IMG/VR virus record: IMGVR_UViG_651053023_000001
Span: 1 to 64,000 of that record
Strand: one strand, 5' to 3'
DNA length: 64,000 nt
From: a virus
Taxonomy: Duplodnaviria > Heunggongvirae > Uroviricota > Caudoviricetes
The position numbers were made by a program, and so were the translations under genes. Of the stretch, positions 31,098-42,300 are shown piece by piece; within the stretch, counting starts at the first letter, position 1; every line of letters begins with the position of its first letter. The notes beneath the pieces were generated by a model. It was not told the origin of the DNA. It saw nothing but the letters and a program-made list of their open reading frames with translations, and searched no databases.

Positions 31098-31813
31098 TTG
31101 AATGGCTGGATTCTCAAGGGGCATTCAATCACCCATACTGGATGTGCAAATGTTCATGGTCGTACGGCAATAATAAAATTATAACCGATACTGGCTGTGG
31201 AACTATTCATCTTGCAGGTTGCGTTATTGAGGTTATGGGTAATAAAGGTGCCATGACCATCCGTGTAACAACACCAAGCACTTCCAGCGGTGGCGGAATC
31301 ACTAATGCTCAATTCACTTATATTAATCATGGTGATGCTTACGCTCCTGGCTGGCGACGAGACTACAACACGAAAAACCAGCAGCCTGCATTTGCTTTAG
31401 GGCAAACAGGACGCAGGGTCGCAAATGATAAAGCTGTTGGCTGGAACTGGAATAGCGGTGTTTATGATGCAGATATCAGTGGTGCATCGACATTAATCCT
31501 CCACTTCAATATGAATGCGGGGAGTTGCCCTGCTGTACAGTTCCGCGTGAATTACAGGAACGGCGGTATTTTTTATCGTTCAGCGCGTGATGGTTATGGC
31601 TTTGAAGCTAACTGGTCAGAGTTTTACACCACAACACGCAAACCCTCTGCGGGAGATGTTGGTGCATATACGCAGGCAGAATGTAACTCAAGGTTATTAC
31701 AGGTATTCGCCTTGGCGGTCTGTCATCTGTTAAGACATGGAATGGTCCCGGCTGGTCTGACAGGTCAGGTTATGTCGTTACAGGTTCAGTTAACGGAAAC
31801 CGTGATGAATTAA
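31094..31813 (+). CDS. Sv' tail-fibre C-terminal part (frame continues from ~30956)
   Basis: This frame is open from 30956 and encodes tail-fibre-like sequence ...KNIGACRAFHSSISTGAGNWTTAQLIEWLDSQGAF...; it overlaps the upstream frame for ~140 nt. Confidence 0.5.
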   Translation: MIEWLDSQGAFNHPYWMCKCSWSYGNNKIITDTGCGTIHLAGCVIEVMGNKGAMTIRVTTPSTSSGGGITNAQFTYINHGDAYAPGWRRDYNTKNQQPAFALGQTGRRVANDKAVGWNWNSGVYDADISGASTLILHFNMNAGSCPAVQFRVNYRNGGIFYRSARDGYGFEANWSEFYTTTRKPSAGDVGAYTQAECNSRLLQVFALAVCHLLRHGMVPAGLTGQVMSLQVQLTETVMN

Positions 31814-31886
31814 TTGATACAACTCAGGCAAGGCCAATTCAGTATTGCATTAATGGAACGTGGTATAACGCGGGGAGTATTTAATT

Positions 31887-32420
31887 ATGATGCACTTAAA
31901 AAATATTACTGCTGGCAACCCTAAAACAAAAGAGCAATACCAGCTAACGAAACAATTTAACATCAAATGGCTTTATACAGAGGATGGGAAAAACTGGTAT
32001 GAGGAACAAAAGAACTTTCAGCCTGATACGTTGAAAATGGTCTATGACCACAACAACGTTATTATTTGTATTGAAAAGGATGTTTCAGCAATTAATCCAG
32101 AAGGCGCAAGCGTCGTTGAGGTTCCTGATATTACAGCAAATCGCCGGGCTGATATTTCTGGTAAATGGATGTTCAAAGATGGCGTAGTGATAAAGCGAAC
32201 TTATACCGAGGAGGAACAGAGGCAGCAGGCAGAGAATGAAAAGCAAAGCCTGTTGCAACTTGTCAGGGATAAAACCCAGCTATGGGACTCACAGCTACGG
32301 CTGGGCATCATTTCCGACAAGAATAAACAAAAATTAACCGAGTGGATGCTCTATGCGCAGAAAGTCGAATCTACAGACACCTCCAGCCTGCCAGTAACAT
32401 TTCCCGAACAACCTGAATGA
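31887..32420 (+). CDS. tail-fibre assembly chaperone U'
   Basis: 177 aa, paralogous to the oppositely oriented U (shared [22 protein letters not shown]...ANRRAD...GKWMFKDG). Confidence 0.75.
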   Translation: MMHLKNITAGNPKTKEQYQLTKQFNIKWLYTEDGKNWYEEQKNFQPDTLKMVYDHNNVIICIEKDVSAINPEGASVVEVPDITANRRADISGKWMFKDGVVIKRTYTEEEQRQQAENEKQSLLQLVRDKTQLWDSQLRLGIISDKNKQKLTEWMLYAQKVESTDTSSLPVTFPEQPE

Positions 32421-32448
32421 GACAAGGCCCGATAGCGGGCCTTAATTT

Positions 32449-32976
32449 TTATTCAGGCTTTTGTGGCCATTCAGGATTTGCCGTATCCACACGGCTGACC
32501 AGAACACTGTAGCGTTCCCATGCTTCCAGTCGTGTGCGTTCCTCGTCTGTTGCCATATTCAACCTGACAGCGCGTTCCAGCGGCTGGATGACTGATTCAG
32601 CTTCGGAAAGCAATGCGGCCTTTTGTGATTCGGCTTGTTGTTGCTGTTCGTCTGCCGTATAAATCCGTTTAACTACAGATCCATCCTTAAACATCCACTT
32701 CCCTGAATCATCGGCACGACGATTGGCTGTTATATCTGGAATCTCAACGACACTAAAGCCTTCGGGATTAAGCGTTGAGGCATCTTTGGTTATGGCAACA
32801 ATAATATTATTTTCGTCGTATACAATCTTTATGGTGTCGTCCTGAAAGTTATTTACTTCCTCATACCAGTTTTTACCGTCTTCGGACCATAACCAGATAA
32901 CATCAAAATTCTTTGTTAGCTGATATTGTTCTTTCGTTTTAGGATTTCCAGACTTAATATTTTTTAAATGCTGCAT
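32449..32976 (-). CDS. tail-fibre assembly chaperone U
   Basis: 175-aa paralogue of U' directly downstream of S. Confidence 0.75.
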   Translation of the reverse strand: MQHLKNIKSGNPKTKEQYQLTKNFDVIWLWSEDGKNWYEEVNNFQDDTIKIVYDENNIIVAITKDASTLNPEGFSVVEIPDITANRRADDSGKWMFKDGSVVKRIYTADEQQQQAESQKAALLSEAESVIQPLERAVRLNMATDEERTRLEAWERYSVLVSRVDTANPEWPQKPE

Positions 32977-32979
32977 AAT

Positions 32980-35900
32980 TTACACCTGTGCTACGTTATA
33001 CCATGTGCCATTGATGTATTTTTGTATTGGTCTGAAGATGGCTTCATCATCGCCATCTACTTCACCAATGATTCTTAATCCGGTAATTGCGTGTCCGGCT
33101 TTTTCATAACGACCACCACGCGCCATCAATTGAACAACACGCGTACCCAGGCGAACATCTTTCACATAGCGTGAGTCAAAATTGCCATAATTTCCGGGAA
33201 TAATTTGCGCACCGCAAAGCCAGTTACCGTTATTGTCCATGTACGCCTGACCATCGGTGCCATTGGCTGTCCTTGAGTTATTAATCATGTAGATGCCAAA
33301 TTGCTTATTTCCCAGACCGCCAATCATAAATTTGCGGTCGGCATGGTCCTGACGGAGCAAGGCCTGAGCACCATCAGTGGATACCGCATTACGTCCCATA
33401 ATAACGTTCTGGTCACGCATATTAATCCACATGCCTGTACTGCTGTTAATAGCAAAACGGTCTGAAAGTGTCTCCCCTGAAACATTAAGGCCACGCCCCA
33501 TCGAAACAGCGCCAGTAGCGTTATTAATCCATAATGGCCTTAATCCGTTATAAGTCCCCATGTTGTCACCGGAGTTTGTCAACATGAAGTATGTATTTGA
33601 ACCATCATTACGAATAAAGAATCCGTAATTACCATAAGCAATACGTAGGCCGTTTGCTGATTTTGATATGACTTCGCCATTTACAATGGCATTGACAAGA
33701 ACATACAAAGCATCCCATTTAAGATTCATCAGGTCTTTTGTTGTGGTGCTTTGTTTGCTTCTCCATTTGAAATATTCATTGCCGTTGTCGCCTGTTTCAA
33801 ACCACATGTATGAATCAGTGTCACCATCAGCATCATTTTTAAATCCAATCTTCGCCCAGTCAGTATTTCGAATCCAGGCAAGGATTGAGTCATTTTTAAA
33901 AGTAAGCCCACCGGACAAAGTATCGCCTGAACGCTGAACGGCATTATTTGCTTTATTAATAAATTCCTGTAGATTTAAATCTTCCGCCGTTAGCTCAATA
34001 TTTTTAGAACCATCAAACGAGACCCCATTTATAGTTCGAGCGGTTTGTAACTTGGTCGCTGTCGCTGCATTACCGGTTGTGTTCTGATTACCTGTTTTAT
34101 TCACGCCCGGCAGGTCGATGTTTGCGGTGCCATTAAATGAAACACCACCAATAGTTCTTGCCGTTTGTAATTTCGTTGCAGACGCCGCGTTTCCGGTTGT
34201 GTTCTGGTTGCCCGTGGTATTTACACCAGGGATGGAATCCTTCGATGTGTAGACCTGCGCCCACTCTGACCAACTGGCTGTATCAGTATCTCGTCGCGAA
34301 CGTACATGTACAGGTGCATGAGCGCCACTTGTACCGCTCCAACCTATGAACAACTCACCTTCACCAACTGCCGTTGCGCCCTTAAGATGAAGCACATTCC
34401 CGTAAGCAGAAGGATAGCCGTTGTTGTACGCCTCATACATTTGCAATCCAGTAGCAGCACCTTGTGTTGTACCGGTGAGCGCAGTAACACGCCCTCTGGA
34501 CGTAATTGTTGGTATCGAAATGTCCACAGAACCATCAAATTTAACACCGTTGATGTTTCTTGCCGTCGCAAGTTTCGTCGCGGTAGCAGCATTCCCCGTG
34601 GTGTTCTGGTTACCTGTTGTATTTACACCTGGAAGATTGATATTGGCCGAGCCATCAAATGCCACACCGCCAATCGAGCGTGCTGTTTTCAATTTCGTCG
34701 CGGTGTCGGCATTCCCTGCCAGCGCCCCGGTGATCCCGCCGTTGAAAGTCTGGCGTGAACTCCATGTGTTAGCCGTGCTCAACAGGGGGATCTTTTCACC
34801 GCTGGTACCGAGTTCTCTTAAACCAAGGTATTGGATAACAGCAAGAACGCTTGTTTTGGCCAGAATATCGCGACCAACTGACGTTAAGTCAGTCTGAGAA
34901 ACAGTGTCTGTACCGGTAAAGTACGGCAATTTATTTGCGCCTGTCGCAAGACCAGCAAGCGCGGTTAAAGTTGCATCAAGTGGCTGTTTCCCTGCCAGCG
35001 CATTTGTCATTGTTGTCGCAAAGTTCGGGTCATTGCCCAGTGCTGCTGCAAGCTCATTCAGGGTATCAAGAGCTTCAGGTGATGAGCCGACCAATGCAGA
35101 GATAGCAGCCCGTACGTAAGCAGTCGTAGCGATCTGCGTATTGTTTGTGCCCTGTGCAGCCGTAGGCGCAGTAGGGACACCCGTTAATGCAGGGCTTGCC
35201 AAAGGCGCTTTGAGAGCCAAGGCATTGTTGATAGTTGTGCTGTAATTCGGGTCGTTATTGATCGCAGCCGCTATTTCTTTCAGCGTATCCAGTGTGCCAG
35301 GCGCACCGTTGATAAGTGCAGTTATAGCTGCCTTAACAAAGGCTGTATTTGCGATCTGCGTGCTGTTTGTACCTTGCGCTGCCGTCGGCGCTGTTGGCGT
35401 TCCTGTCAGACTCGGGCTTTCTATTGGCGCTTTGGTATCAGCCAGATCTTTTATAGACTTAACAGCTTTAGGGGTAGCCGCCATTGTTTCGCTGTCGCTG
35501 TTAGTTGCGCTACTGAGCTGAACTAATCCCTTTTGCGTTGTGCTTGCATCCTGCGCCGTATACTTGCTTTTCGCCAGATCGTAGGCTTTTTTAACTGCCA
35601 GCGAACTTGCCGCAACATCACTTCTGGTACTGGTTACAGAGTCTGAAATATCAATGCCGATAGTGCGGTTGATACGCTCTGATGTATCAATCATCTCTTG
35701 GGTAATGGCAGATACACCAGCAGGAATATTCACCGTACAAACAAGCAGCTCTCCATCTCCTAACTGATATGAATCGGTATAGGTTCTGGCAATAAATTCA
35801 GCCGCATGAATATGTGACGCTGTATTAACCTGATAGGTATCTTCTCCAAGGAGGTATCTTCCCTTCAGCACAATTGCATATTTCTTGCCTGCACTAAGTG

Positions 35901-36186
35901 CAAGAGAAATATCCTTACGGTGCTGAATAGTTACCTGGTAGAATTCACCAATATCCACCGACGCCGCGCCTGCGGTTTTATCACCATCCACTGAGGTGAT
36001 TAACAGGTTCATCCCACCGCCAGGCTTAGGTAAGAAACCGGCATAAAATCCCGGGTCAACAATCCCCCTGAATTTTCGGTTTAGCGCGGCTGACAGATAT
36101 GGTTCGTGGTATTGCACATCAGCCACCAGAGCCAACGACTCGGGTGATGGGTAAGTAACTGATGTAACAACTGTAACGTCATTCAT
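32980..36186 (-). CDS. tail-fibre protein S (constant Sc part fused to variable Sv in this orientation)
   Basis: Start set at ATG 36186 (AAGGA upstream; track ORF starts 36273); repeated PGVNTTGNQNTTGNAATATKL motifs; spans cixR. Confidence 0.8.
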   Translation of the reverse strand: MNDVTVVTSVTYPSPESLALVADVQYHEPYLSAALNRKFRGIVDPGFYAGFLPKPGGGMNLLITSVDGDKTAGAASVDIGEFYQVTIQHRKDISLALSAGKKYAIVLKGRYLLGEDTYQVNTASHIHAAEFIARTYTDSYQLGDGELLVCTVNIPAGVSAITQEMIDTSERINRTIGIDISDSVTSTRSDVAASSLAVKKAYDLAKSKYTAQDASTTQKGLVQLSSATNSDSETMAATPKAVKSIKDLADTKAPIESPSLTGTPTAPTAAQGTNSTQIANTAFVKAAITALINGAPGTLDTLKEIAAAINNDPNYSTTINNALALKAPLASPALTGVPTAPTAAQGTNNTQIATTAYVRAAISALVGSSPEALDTLNELAAALGNDPNFATTMTNALAGKQPLDATLTALAGLATGANKLPYFTGTDTVSQTDLTSVGRDILAKTSVLAVIQYLGLRELGTSGEKIPLLSTANTWSSRQTFNGGITGALAGNADTATKLKTARSIGGVAFDGSANINLPGVNTTGNQNTTGNAATATKLATARNINGVKFDGSVDISIPTITSRGRVTALTGTTQGAATGLQMYEAYNNGYPSAYGNVLHLKGATAVGEGELFIGWSGTSGAHAPVHVRSRRDTDTASWSEWAQVYTSKDSIPGVNTTGNQNTTGNAASATKLQTARTIGGVSFNGTANIDLPGVNKTGNQNTTGNAATATKLQTARTINGVSFDGSKNIELTAEDLNLQEFINKANNAVQRSGDTLSGGLTFKNDSILAWIRNTDWAKIGFKNDADGDTDSYMWFETGDNGNEYFKWRSKQSTTTKDLMNLKWDALYVLVNAIVNGEVISKSANGLRIAYGNYGFFIRNDGSNTYFMLTNSGDNMGTYNGLRPLWINNATGAVSMGRGLNVSGETLSDRFAINSSTGMWINMRDQNVIMGRNAVSTDGAQALLRQDHADRKFMIGGLGNKQFGIYMINNSRTANGTDGQAYMDNNGNWLCGAQIIPGNYGNFDSRYVKDVRLGTRVVQLMARGGRYEKAGHAITGLRIIGEVDGDDEAIFRPIQKYINGTWYNVAQV
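33971..34827. repeat. right inverted repeat of the invertible C segment
   Basis: Reverse complement of 30084..30940. Confidence 0.85.
34813..34838 (+). other. cixR crossover site
   Basis: TTCTCTTAAACCAAGGTATTGGATAA on top strand, inverted relative to cixL, inside the S gene at the Sc/Sv junction. Confidence 0.75.
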
Positions 36187-36197
36187 CAAGCATATCC

Positions 36198-36632
36198 TTA
36201 TGCTGTTGTCGTGTTTATGGCCATAACTGCGGTATATGTTTTGCCCACATACAGCGAGTCTTCCTGGACACAAATAATGGCGATTGGCTTGTTCTCGTTA
36301 TCCAGAACAACCAGAGTGTTGAATGGGTAGTTTTTCCCTTCCTGCAACTGGCTTTGATCAAGGTCCATTCGGACAGTAATTATCCCGCCTGAGTAGGTTG
36401 GGACGAGGTTGATGGTGCAAAATTGACTGGTCAGTTCTGCCAGATCGAAAACCTTTGGCAGTTCTCCAATCTCATAAGTGCCATCTCCTTTCTTAGTAAC
36501 CAGTGAACTGGTACCGAAAACGGCCTTGCTGATTAAAAATCGAGAGCCTTTGTTAATGGACGATTCAGCGCGCCGCTGATAGTAATAGTCCAACAACTGA
36601 CTCTTATAGAGGTTTGTTGAGACGTCAGACAT
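36198..36632 (-). CDS. tail protein R-like (by synteny upstream of S)
   Basis: 144-aa ORF immediately upstream of S on the same strand. Confidence 0.5.
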   Translation of the reverse strand: MSDVSTNLYKSQLLDYYYQRRAESSINKGSRFLISKAVFGTSSLVTKKGDGTYEIGELPKVFDLAELTSQFCTINLVPTYSGGIITVRMDLDQSQLQEGKNYPFNTLVVLDNENKPIAIICVQEDSLYVGKTYTAVMAINTTTA

Positions 36633-36710
36633 GATTTTCCCTAATCAATGTTGTGAAGCCTCATTGTAAGAGAAGTAACTTGTCACCCCGCCCTGCGGAC
36701 GGGGTGATTG

Positions 36711-37550
36711 TCAGGCGTCGCTATCCAGCAACAAATCATCTGCGCGTGTGCGATCAAACGTAGGTGTCGCTTTCACAATAGTGCCACCAGGCGTTGCGGT
36801 GATCGGGGCGCTAATCGACGTAACTCCAGTAAGCGAAGTTGTATCCGAAGTTTCAAACCAGCAGAATGCTTTTTCGGTATCAGAAATCTCGTTCAAAGTG
36901 ATCATGTCGGCCTGTTCATTTACAACAACCGACAAATAGAGCGTAAGCCCATCAAACACTATATGCAGTGGCAGTAGAGGCTTTACGAACTGATTAAACT
37001 TTCTGAGAATTTCTTCTGTAATTGCGGACTGATCTATCGTGCCAGTAATCCCCATTGTCCGGGCCAGGTCGTTTATGGGAATACTGATCATCCCTCTGGA
37101 AGTCAGAAACATCTCGCCGAATGTGCCGCCGGTAGTCTCCAGTGTGCTTTCTGGTATTAGAACCGTGCCATAGGGATGACGCTCAAGGTCCACCGGTGCA
37201 TATATCGGATCCCATAAAACAGAAATACCGTTAAATTCGCGGTAAATTGTCTGGTTTATAGGGCGTTCAGTCCCCTTAAAGTGAATCTCATCAAGACGCT
37301 GTTGTAACAACATCGGAACGGAAGATGAGTTCGACGTTCTGATAGTAAAGAACTGGCCAAGTTCATTTGTCCTGGTCTCCAGATCCTCCTTGCTCATGGA
37401 AAAAATAGACTTCCGGTTGGTAATTCGCTCCAACCATGGGTCAACAAAGGTATCCATCATTGACTGAACCAAATCAGCCAATGATTTATAGAGCAATGAC
37501 TTTTGCTTAGCTGATGTAAGCCGGTTATTAAACCAGGAACGCTGCATCAC
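36711..37550 (-). CDS. baseplate protein (gene 16-like, by synteny)
   Basis: 279-aa ORF in the tail/baseplate block, overlapping the next gene by 4 nt. Confidence 0.45.
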   Translation of the reverse strand: MMQRSWFNNRLTSAKQKSLLYKSLADLVQSMMDTFVDPWLERITNRKSIFSMSKEDLETRTNELGQFFTIRTSNSSSVPMLLQQRLDEIHFKGTERPINQTIYREFNGISVLWDPIYAPVDLERHPYGTVLIPESTLETTGGTFGEMFLTSRGMISIPINDLARTMGITGTIDQSAITEEILRKFNQFVKPLLPLHIVFDGLTLYLSVVVNEQADMITLNEISDTEKAFCWFETSDTTSLTGVTSISAPITATPGGTIVKATPTFDRTRADDLLLDSDA

Positions 37551-38980
37551 TCCTCCTCATACGAAATATTAAAGGTGGAGTTTTCTGTATCCAGATAAAC
37601 GAAATCGTAAAAGCCGTTGGACTCATTCCACTCGACAAATTCCAGATAAAAGTCGCGGAAATAACCCAGCGTTTCGATAAATGCCCAAACGTCTTTTTTC
37701 TTGATTAGGATGTACTTGCCGACACGGTTCGGATCAAAGAAAGTTGAGTCACGCCCAAATTTTGTTTCCAGTGCCGACTTCAGCTCATCAGTCACGTTCT
37801 CAATGGTCAGGCTTGCCGATATCCGCCCGGTGATGGTGATCTTAAAGGGTAGTTTTCTGACCTCTTTATACGAGAATTTCTTGTTCAACTCATTCGGCAC
37901 CTTCTTAAAGGCAGCCAGGATCATTTCTTCAAGCTCTGACTGGCTTTTGTTTGGATGCCATCCTGAAATAAATATCTTATTGATATTCCGAACATTATAA
38001 GCACCATCTAATTTCTCTTGCTGGCCTTCGCCCCATGCCTTTACCCAGGACAGTCCCGGGATGTTACGCACCAGAAAATACGTATAGTCCCCGCCCCATA
38101 CGACCTGATCATCATAGGCAAGGTAATATTGTGCACGATTACGTGTGATCTCCGTTGTTTCGGCATCGGTACCTGCGGTTATGGGTGTCGTTGTCTTAAC
38201 TGAAATCAAATTAGCTAAATTAGCCGCAGAATCGACAGGCGTCAGATTTTGGCCAGCAACCAAGGTTATATCTCCGTTGGTGCACCATACCTTAAGTGTA
38301 ATGGTCGAGCCTTCTGGCGGTATTTGCCCAATTAGCCCATCACCGAATCGAACCCCCAACTGCTCGGATGGTTTATAAAACTCAACGTAGACCTGGCTTT
38401 TACTACCGGCTAACCGGAACATAGTGCTGGAAGACCACTGCGTGGTCTTACCATCGGTCGTCACGAATACTTCCAGCTTATAGCAGACAGCAGTGAGAGC
38501 CTTTGATAACACGACTTCCAGAAATTCTTTGGCAGCCGTAACGGTATATGTCACCTCCTGGATTTCCAACTGTGCCACTTCTACCGTACCGGTGCCGTCA
38601 ACCAACCTGCATACATCCATAGTCATGTAAGGGTACTGGTCGTCAGATATTAAAGGCATGTTTTTGGGGATTACCGCTGGGGCATCTTCACTTGTGGCGG
38701 TGATCTCAATCATCCCCGATGACGGTGTTGGCTTGGTACCAACGTAACTATTCGTTTCTGCCGCTGCCAGGATAGAGGAACGCCGCGTCGCGGTCGATAT
38801 AAAGCCTTCAGCCAGCGCCGCATCGGCATACTGAAAGCACCTGTAGACAATCTGGGTAATAAACAATGTCAGCATCGAGACAAATTGAGAGCCGACAAAC
38901 TTCGACCAGAATGAATCTTTCTCGACAAGCTCTTCAAACTCTGCACGAATACTGTCTTTAGTCGGTGTTGTTTTACTCAT
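37547..38980 (-). CDS. baseplate protein (BplA-like, by synteny)
   Basis: 477-aa ORF, translationally coupled to neighbours. Confidence 0.45.
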   Translation of the reverse strand: MSKTTPTKDSIRAEFEELVEKDSFWSKFVGSQFVSMLTLFITQIVYRCFQYADAALAEGFISTATRRSSILAAAETNSYVGTKPTPSSGMIEITATSEDAPAVIPKNMPLISDDQYPYMTMDVCRLVDGTGTVEVAQLEIQEVTYTVTAAKEFLEVVLSKALTAVCYKLEVFVTTDGKTTQWSSSTMFRLAGSKSQVYVEFYKPSEQLGVRFGDGLIGQIPPEGSTITLKVWCTNGDITLVAGQNLTPVDSAANLANLISVKTTTPITAGTDAETTEITRNRAQYYLAYDDQVVWGGDYTYFLVRNIPGLSWVKAWGEGQQEKLDGAYNVRNINKIFISGWHPNKSQSELEEMILAAFKKVPNELNKKFSYKEVRKLPFKITITGRISASLTIENVTDELKSALETKFGRDSTFFDPNRVGKYILIKKKDVWAFIETLGYFRDFYLEFVEWNESNGFYDFVYLDTENSTFNISYEEE

Positions 38981-39336
38981 AGCACCACGTCCTGTGTGAT
39001 AGTTATATCCCTGATACGAATGGATATTTTCAACTTATCAAAAGCATCTCCCTCGGCTACTGACAAGCCAGAAATCGGTATGTCAGGTAAATCTACCGTC
39101 AGTTTTTGCAACAGCATTGCCTCAACCGCAATTTGAACATGCGACAAGTTGGTCGGTTCGTGTTTAAACTGCGGTAAAACATTGCCCCATGACGGATCCC
39201 CGTATACCTCACCCTGATAAGTGTTTAGCCACTCATATAAACGAGCGCCCCAGGCCTCCTCTTGGGACTCATACGTTTTTACGCCGGATAACTCCAGCGT
39301 CAGCAAAGGATCAATTTCGTTATTGTTGGCCATCAA
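38977..39336 (-). CDS. small tail morphogenesis protein
   Basis: 119-aa ORF between the sit-like and baseplate genes. Confidence 0.4.
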   Translation of the reverse strand: MMANNNEIDPLLTLELSGVKTYESQEEAWGARLYEWLNTYQGEVYGDPSWGNVLPQFKHEPTNLSHVQIAVEAMLLQKLTVDLPDIPISGLSVAEGDAFDKLKISIRIRDITITQDVVL

Positions 39337-42300
39337 TCAACTCTCGCGTAGTCATTCATCAACGGATCATCAATTGACAGTGGCACCGTGCGCATAACGC
39401 CCGGTTGAGGCGTGCTGACCTTTACGACAGTTCCCTGGCCTTTCGCCGAGTCTTTAGTGTGCTCTTCAATCCTGGCAAGCAATGAGGTCATCTGCGCAAA
39501 CAGCCGCTTCGTTTCACCATCAAGTGAAACGGTATTATCAGCCAACTGCATTGTCGGCTTGGCACCGGAGCCGCCAAGGTCACTAATAACCTGTCCGTCT
39601 ATCTGCATACGACCGGTTGGTTGCTGCAAATCGTTGGCGGCAGTCGTCACCTGGGACGTGGAGGCTGGTTCAGGCGCATTATTTTTCCGCATCCCCGGCG
39701 AGTTGCGGAGTTTATCGAATAGTCCATCAATCCCCATTTGTGCGCCGAGCTGGTCAAAGTAACTTGAGTTGTTGGCCACCGGACGCGCCTCTTCAACTGG
39801 CATCGGGGTATCAACATACACATTGCCAGCTGCTGTTGCGGTCCCCTTCCCTCGTGCACGTTCTTCGAGCGTTCCCTGAACGACTTCCCGACGCATACCC
39901 CGGCCATTCATGAATTTGTTGACCAGATCGTTAACGCCAACAGCATTGCCGATTTTGTCTACCAGACCGCCTTTCTCAAACGGGCTATCACCAGGGGTAA
40001 ACGCCAAGCCAGTAGACTGATCGATAACAGCGTTATCAGGCAGTGGTCCCCTCACTCCATATTGCGCCCCACCCTGTGCTCCTGCTCCAGGTGTATAGAT
40101 TTCACCACCTAAATAGCGAGCACGATGAGTATTGACCTTGATCGCGTACTCACGGTTTTCTTTCGATAAGTCACCTGTGCCTTTTTTCCACTTATTGATA
40201 GTGCCAAACCCAGCGTTATATGCAGTGATGGCCTCGTTTAAGTCTCCATTGGCTTGCTTCAGATACTTGCTCATGAGAAGAGCCGCAGCTTCTGCCGATT
40301 TCACAGGATCAAACGATTCACCTTCAGCTAAGCCAGTCTCTTCACGAGCAATCCCCGTGAACTGAAACATTCCCAGAGCACCGGTTTGGGATTTTGCATA
40401 CGGATTACCACCAGATTCAGTTGCAGCAATCGCGTAAAGAGTGCCTTCTGGAAGACCGTATTTATTCTCTAGTTCGGCAAAATACGGAGCCAACTTATCG
40501 AGATTTGCCTTACCTTCAGCGCCAAGACTTCCGACTTTTACATCTAAGTTGCCATTGTTGTAAGTATCCGCAGCTTTCTGAATGTCATTCCTGGTGCCAG
40601 TAGTATTAAGCGACGATGATGATGAGCTATTTTGACCAATAGCATTATCAATTTTCTGCAACGCGCTATTGCCCGTTTCTACGGCATTTGCATTGATAAT
40701 CTGATTGGCAGTTTCTTTAACTGTTTTATTGCTATCTTTCGCCGTATCTAGGGATGCATTTACAACACGAGTGACAATATTAGCCTTTTTAGGGGTATAT
40801 TCAGTCTTAGGAGCATTGTCCTCCTGACTTTCTTTAGCTGGTGTTTTTAATTCAGGTGTAACCTCTTTCGCATCCGCTTTGTTGACTAGCTTTGATGCAA
40901 CCCAGGCCACAGGGGTGCTCTGAACAGCGGCATCTGCAACCTCACCTGAAAGCTCTTTTGCGGCACTCCATAGATTACTGCCAGCTTCTTTAATGTATTT
41001 CCCTGGGTTCTTAATGAAATCAATTGCACTATCAATTGCATCACTGAAAACCTGTTTCAGGTTATCGACAGTAAAGAAGTTTTTGATGGCGTCTAATTTT
41101 TCGTTCAGGTTCTTTGTTGTGTCACTGAACCATGCTGAAATAGCATCACCAATCTTTGCAGTATAATCACTAAATGTCGTGGATATAGTATCACCAAGGT
41201 TAGAAATATATGTTTCTAAATTGGTAATCCCACTATCAATGGCCTGGGCAATACTTTCCGTCGAAAATGATTGCAACATATTGCCGATATCCTCAAATCC
41301 AAGTGATTTGAGAACGCCGCCAATGGCACTGCTAATACCAGATACCAGTCCTCCCATATCGAGAACGTTAGCCAGTGTATAAGCCGCTTTTTGCTGAAAA
41401 GATGGATCTTCCCCATCCTTAAGCCCAAAGGTCCGACGTTGTGCTTCTGTATCATTCCAACCGGTTACCGCATCATAGATACCTCCAGCCACCGTGCCGA
41501 CTAGCGGAATTGCGCGTAAAGCCCCCTTTGCAAGAGCCTTAACACCTAGTTTCCCCAATCCCTTAGTTGCAAGTTTTCCGGCACCGCGAGTAGCCAATTC
41601 GCCAGCTTCTTTGGCAGCAGCTTTTTTCCCACCAAAGCCCAATAAGCTTGCAACTTTTTTTATACCTAAAGCGCCTAGTGCCATCGAGCCAACTTTCTTT
41701 AGTACCCCACGGCCAAAAATAAGGGAAGCAATACCACCGGCCCCCTTCCCTAACAGGCTAAATAGTTTGGACAGCAAGCCGCCCTTCTTTTTCCCGGTGT
41801 TTTTGGCTATCTGATCAAGGGCGCTGAGAATCTTGTCATTGCCCTCTTTAATTTCGCTGGTCTGCTCCTGAAGTTCCTGAACCGTCCGTTTTTGGGTGTT
41901 AACCTGAACGACATCGGCACTATTTTGCGATTTACGCCTAAAAAAACCTTTTCTACGGCTGTTATCGTCATTGCCACGAATCACATCGGCAATAGACTTT
42001 CTGGCACCATTAAGCGATCCACCAACTTCTTTTGATATCCCGCCAAGCTCCTTCCCTGCTGCCCACAATGGACCAGCAACGGCATAACCTAACGCATCGA
42101 CGGCACGAGTCTCTGAAGGGTTACCTATGCCTTCAGCTACTTTTGACAGTTTTTTTAATAAACCTGATTCAGCATTTAGACGCTCATCATCCTCTTTGCG
42201 CCTGGCCTTTTCAGCACGTTCAGCACGGGCATCTTCCGCTGCGGCCTTACTCCCTGACTTTCCAATAAAACGACCACGCGCATCGCGTTGGTTTTGGCTT

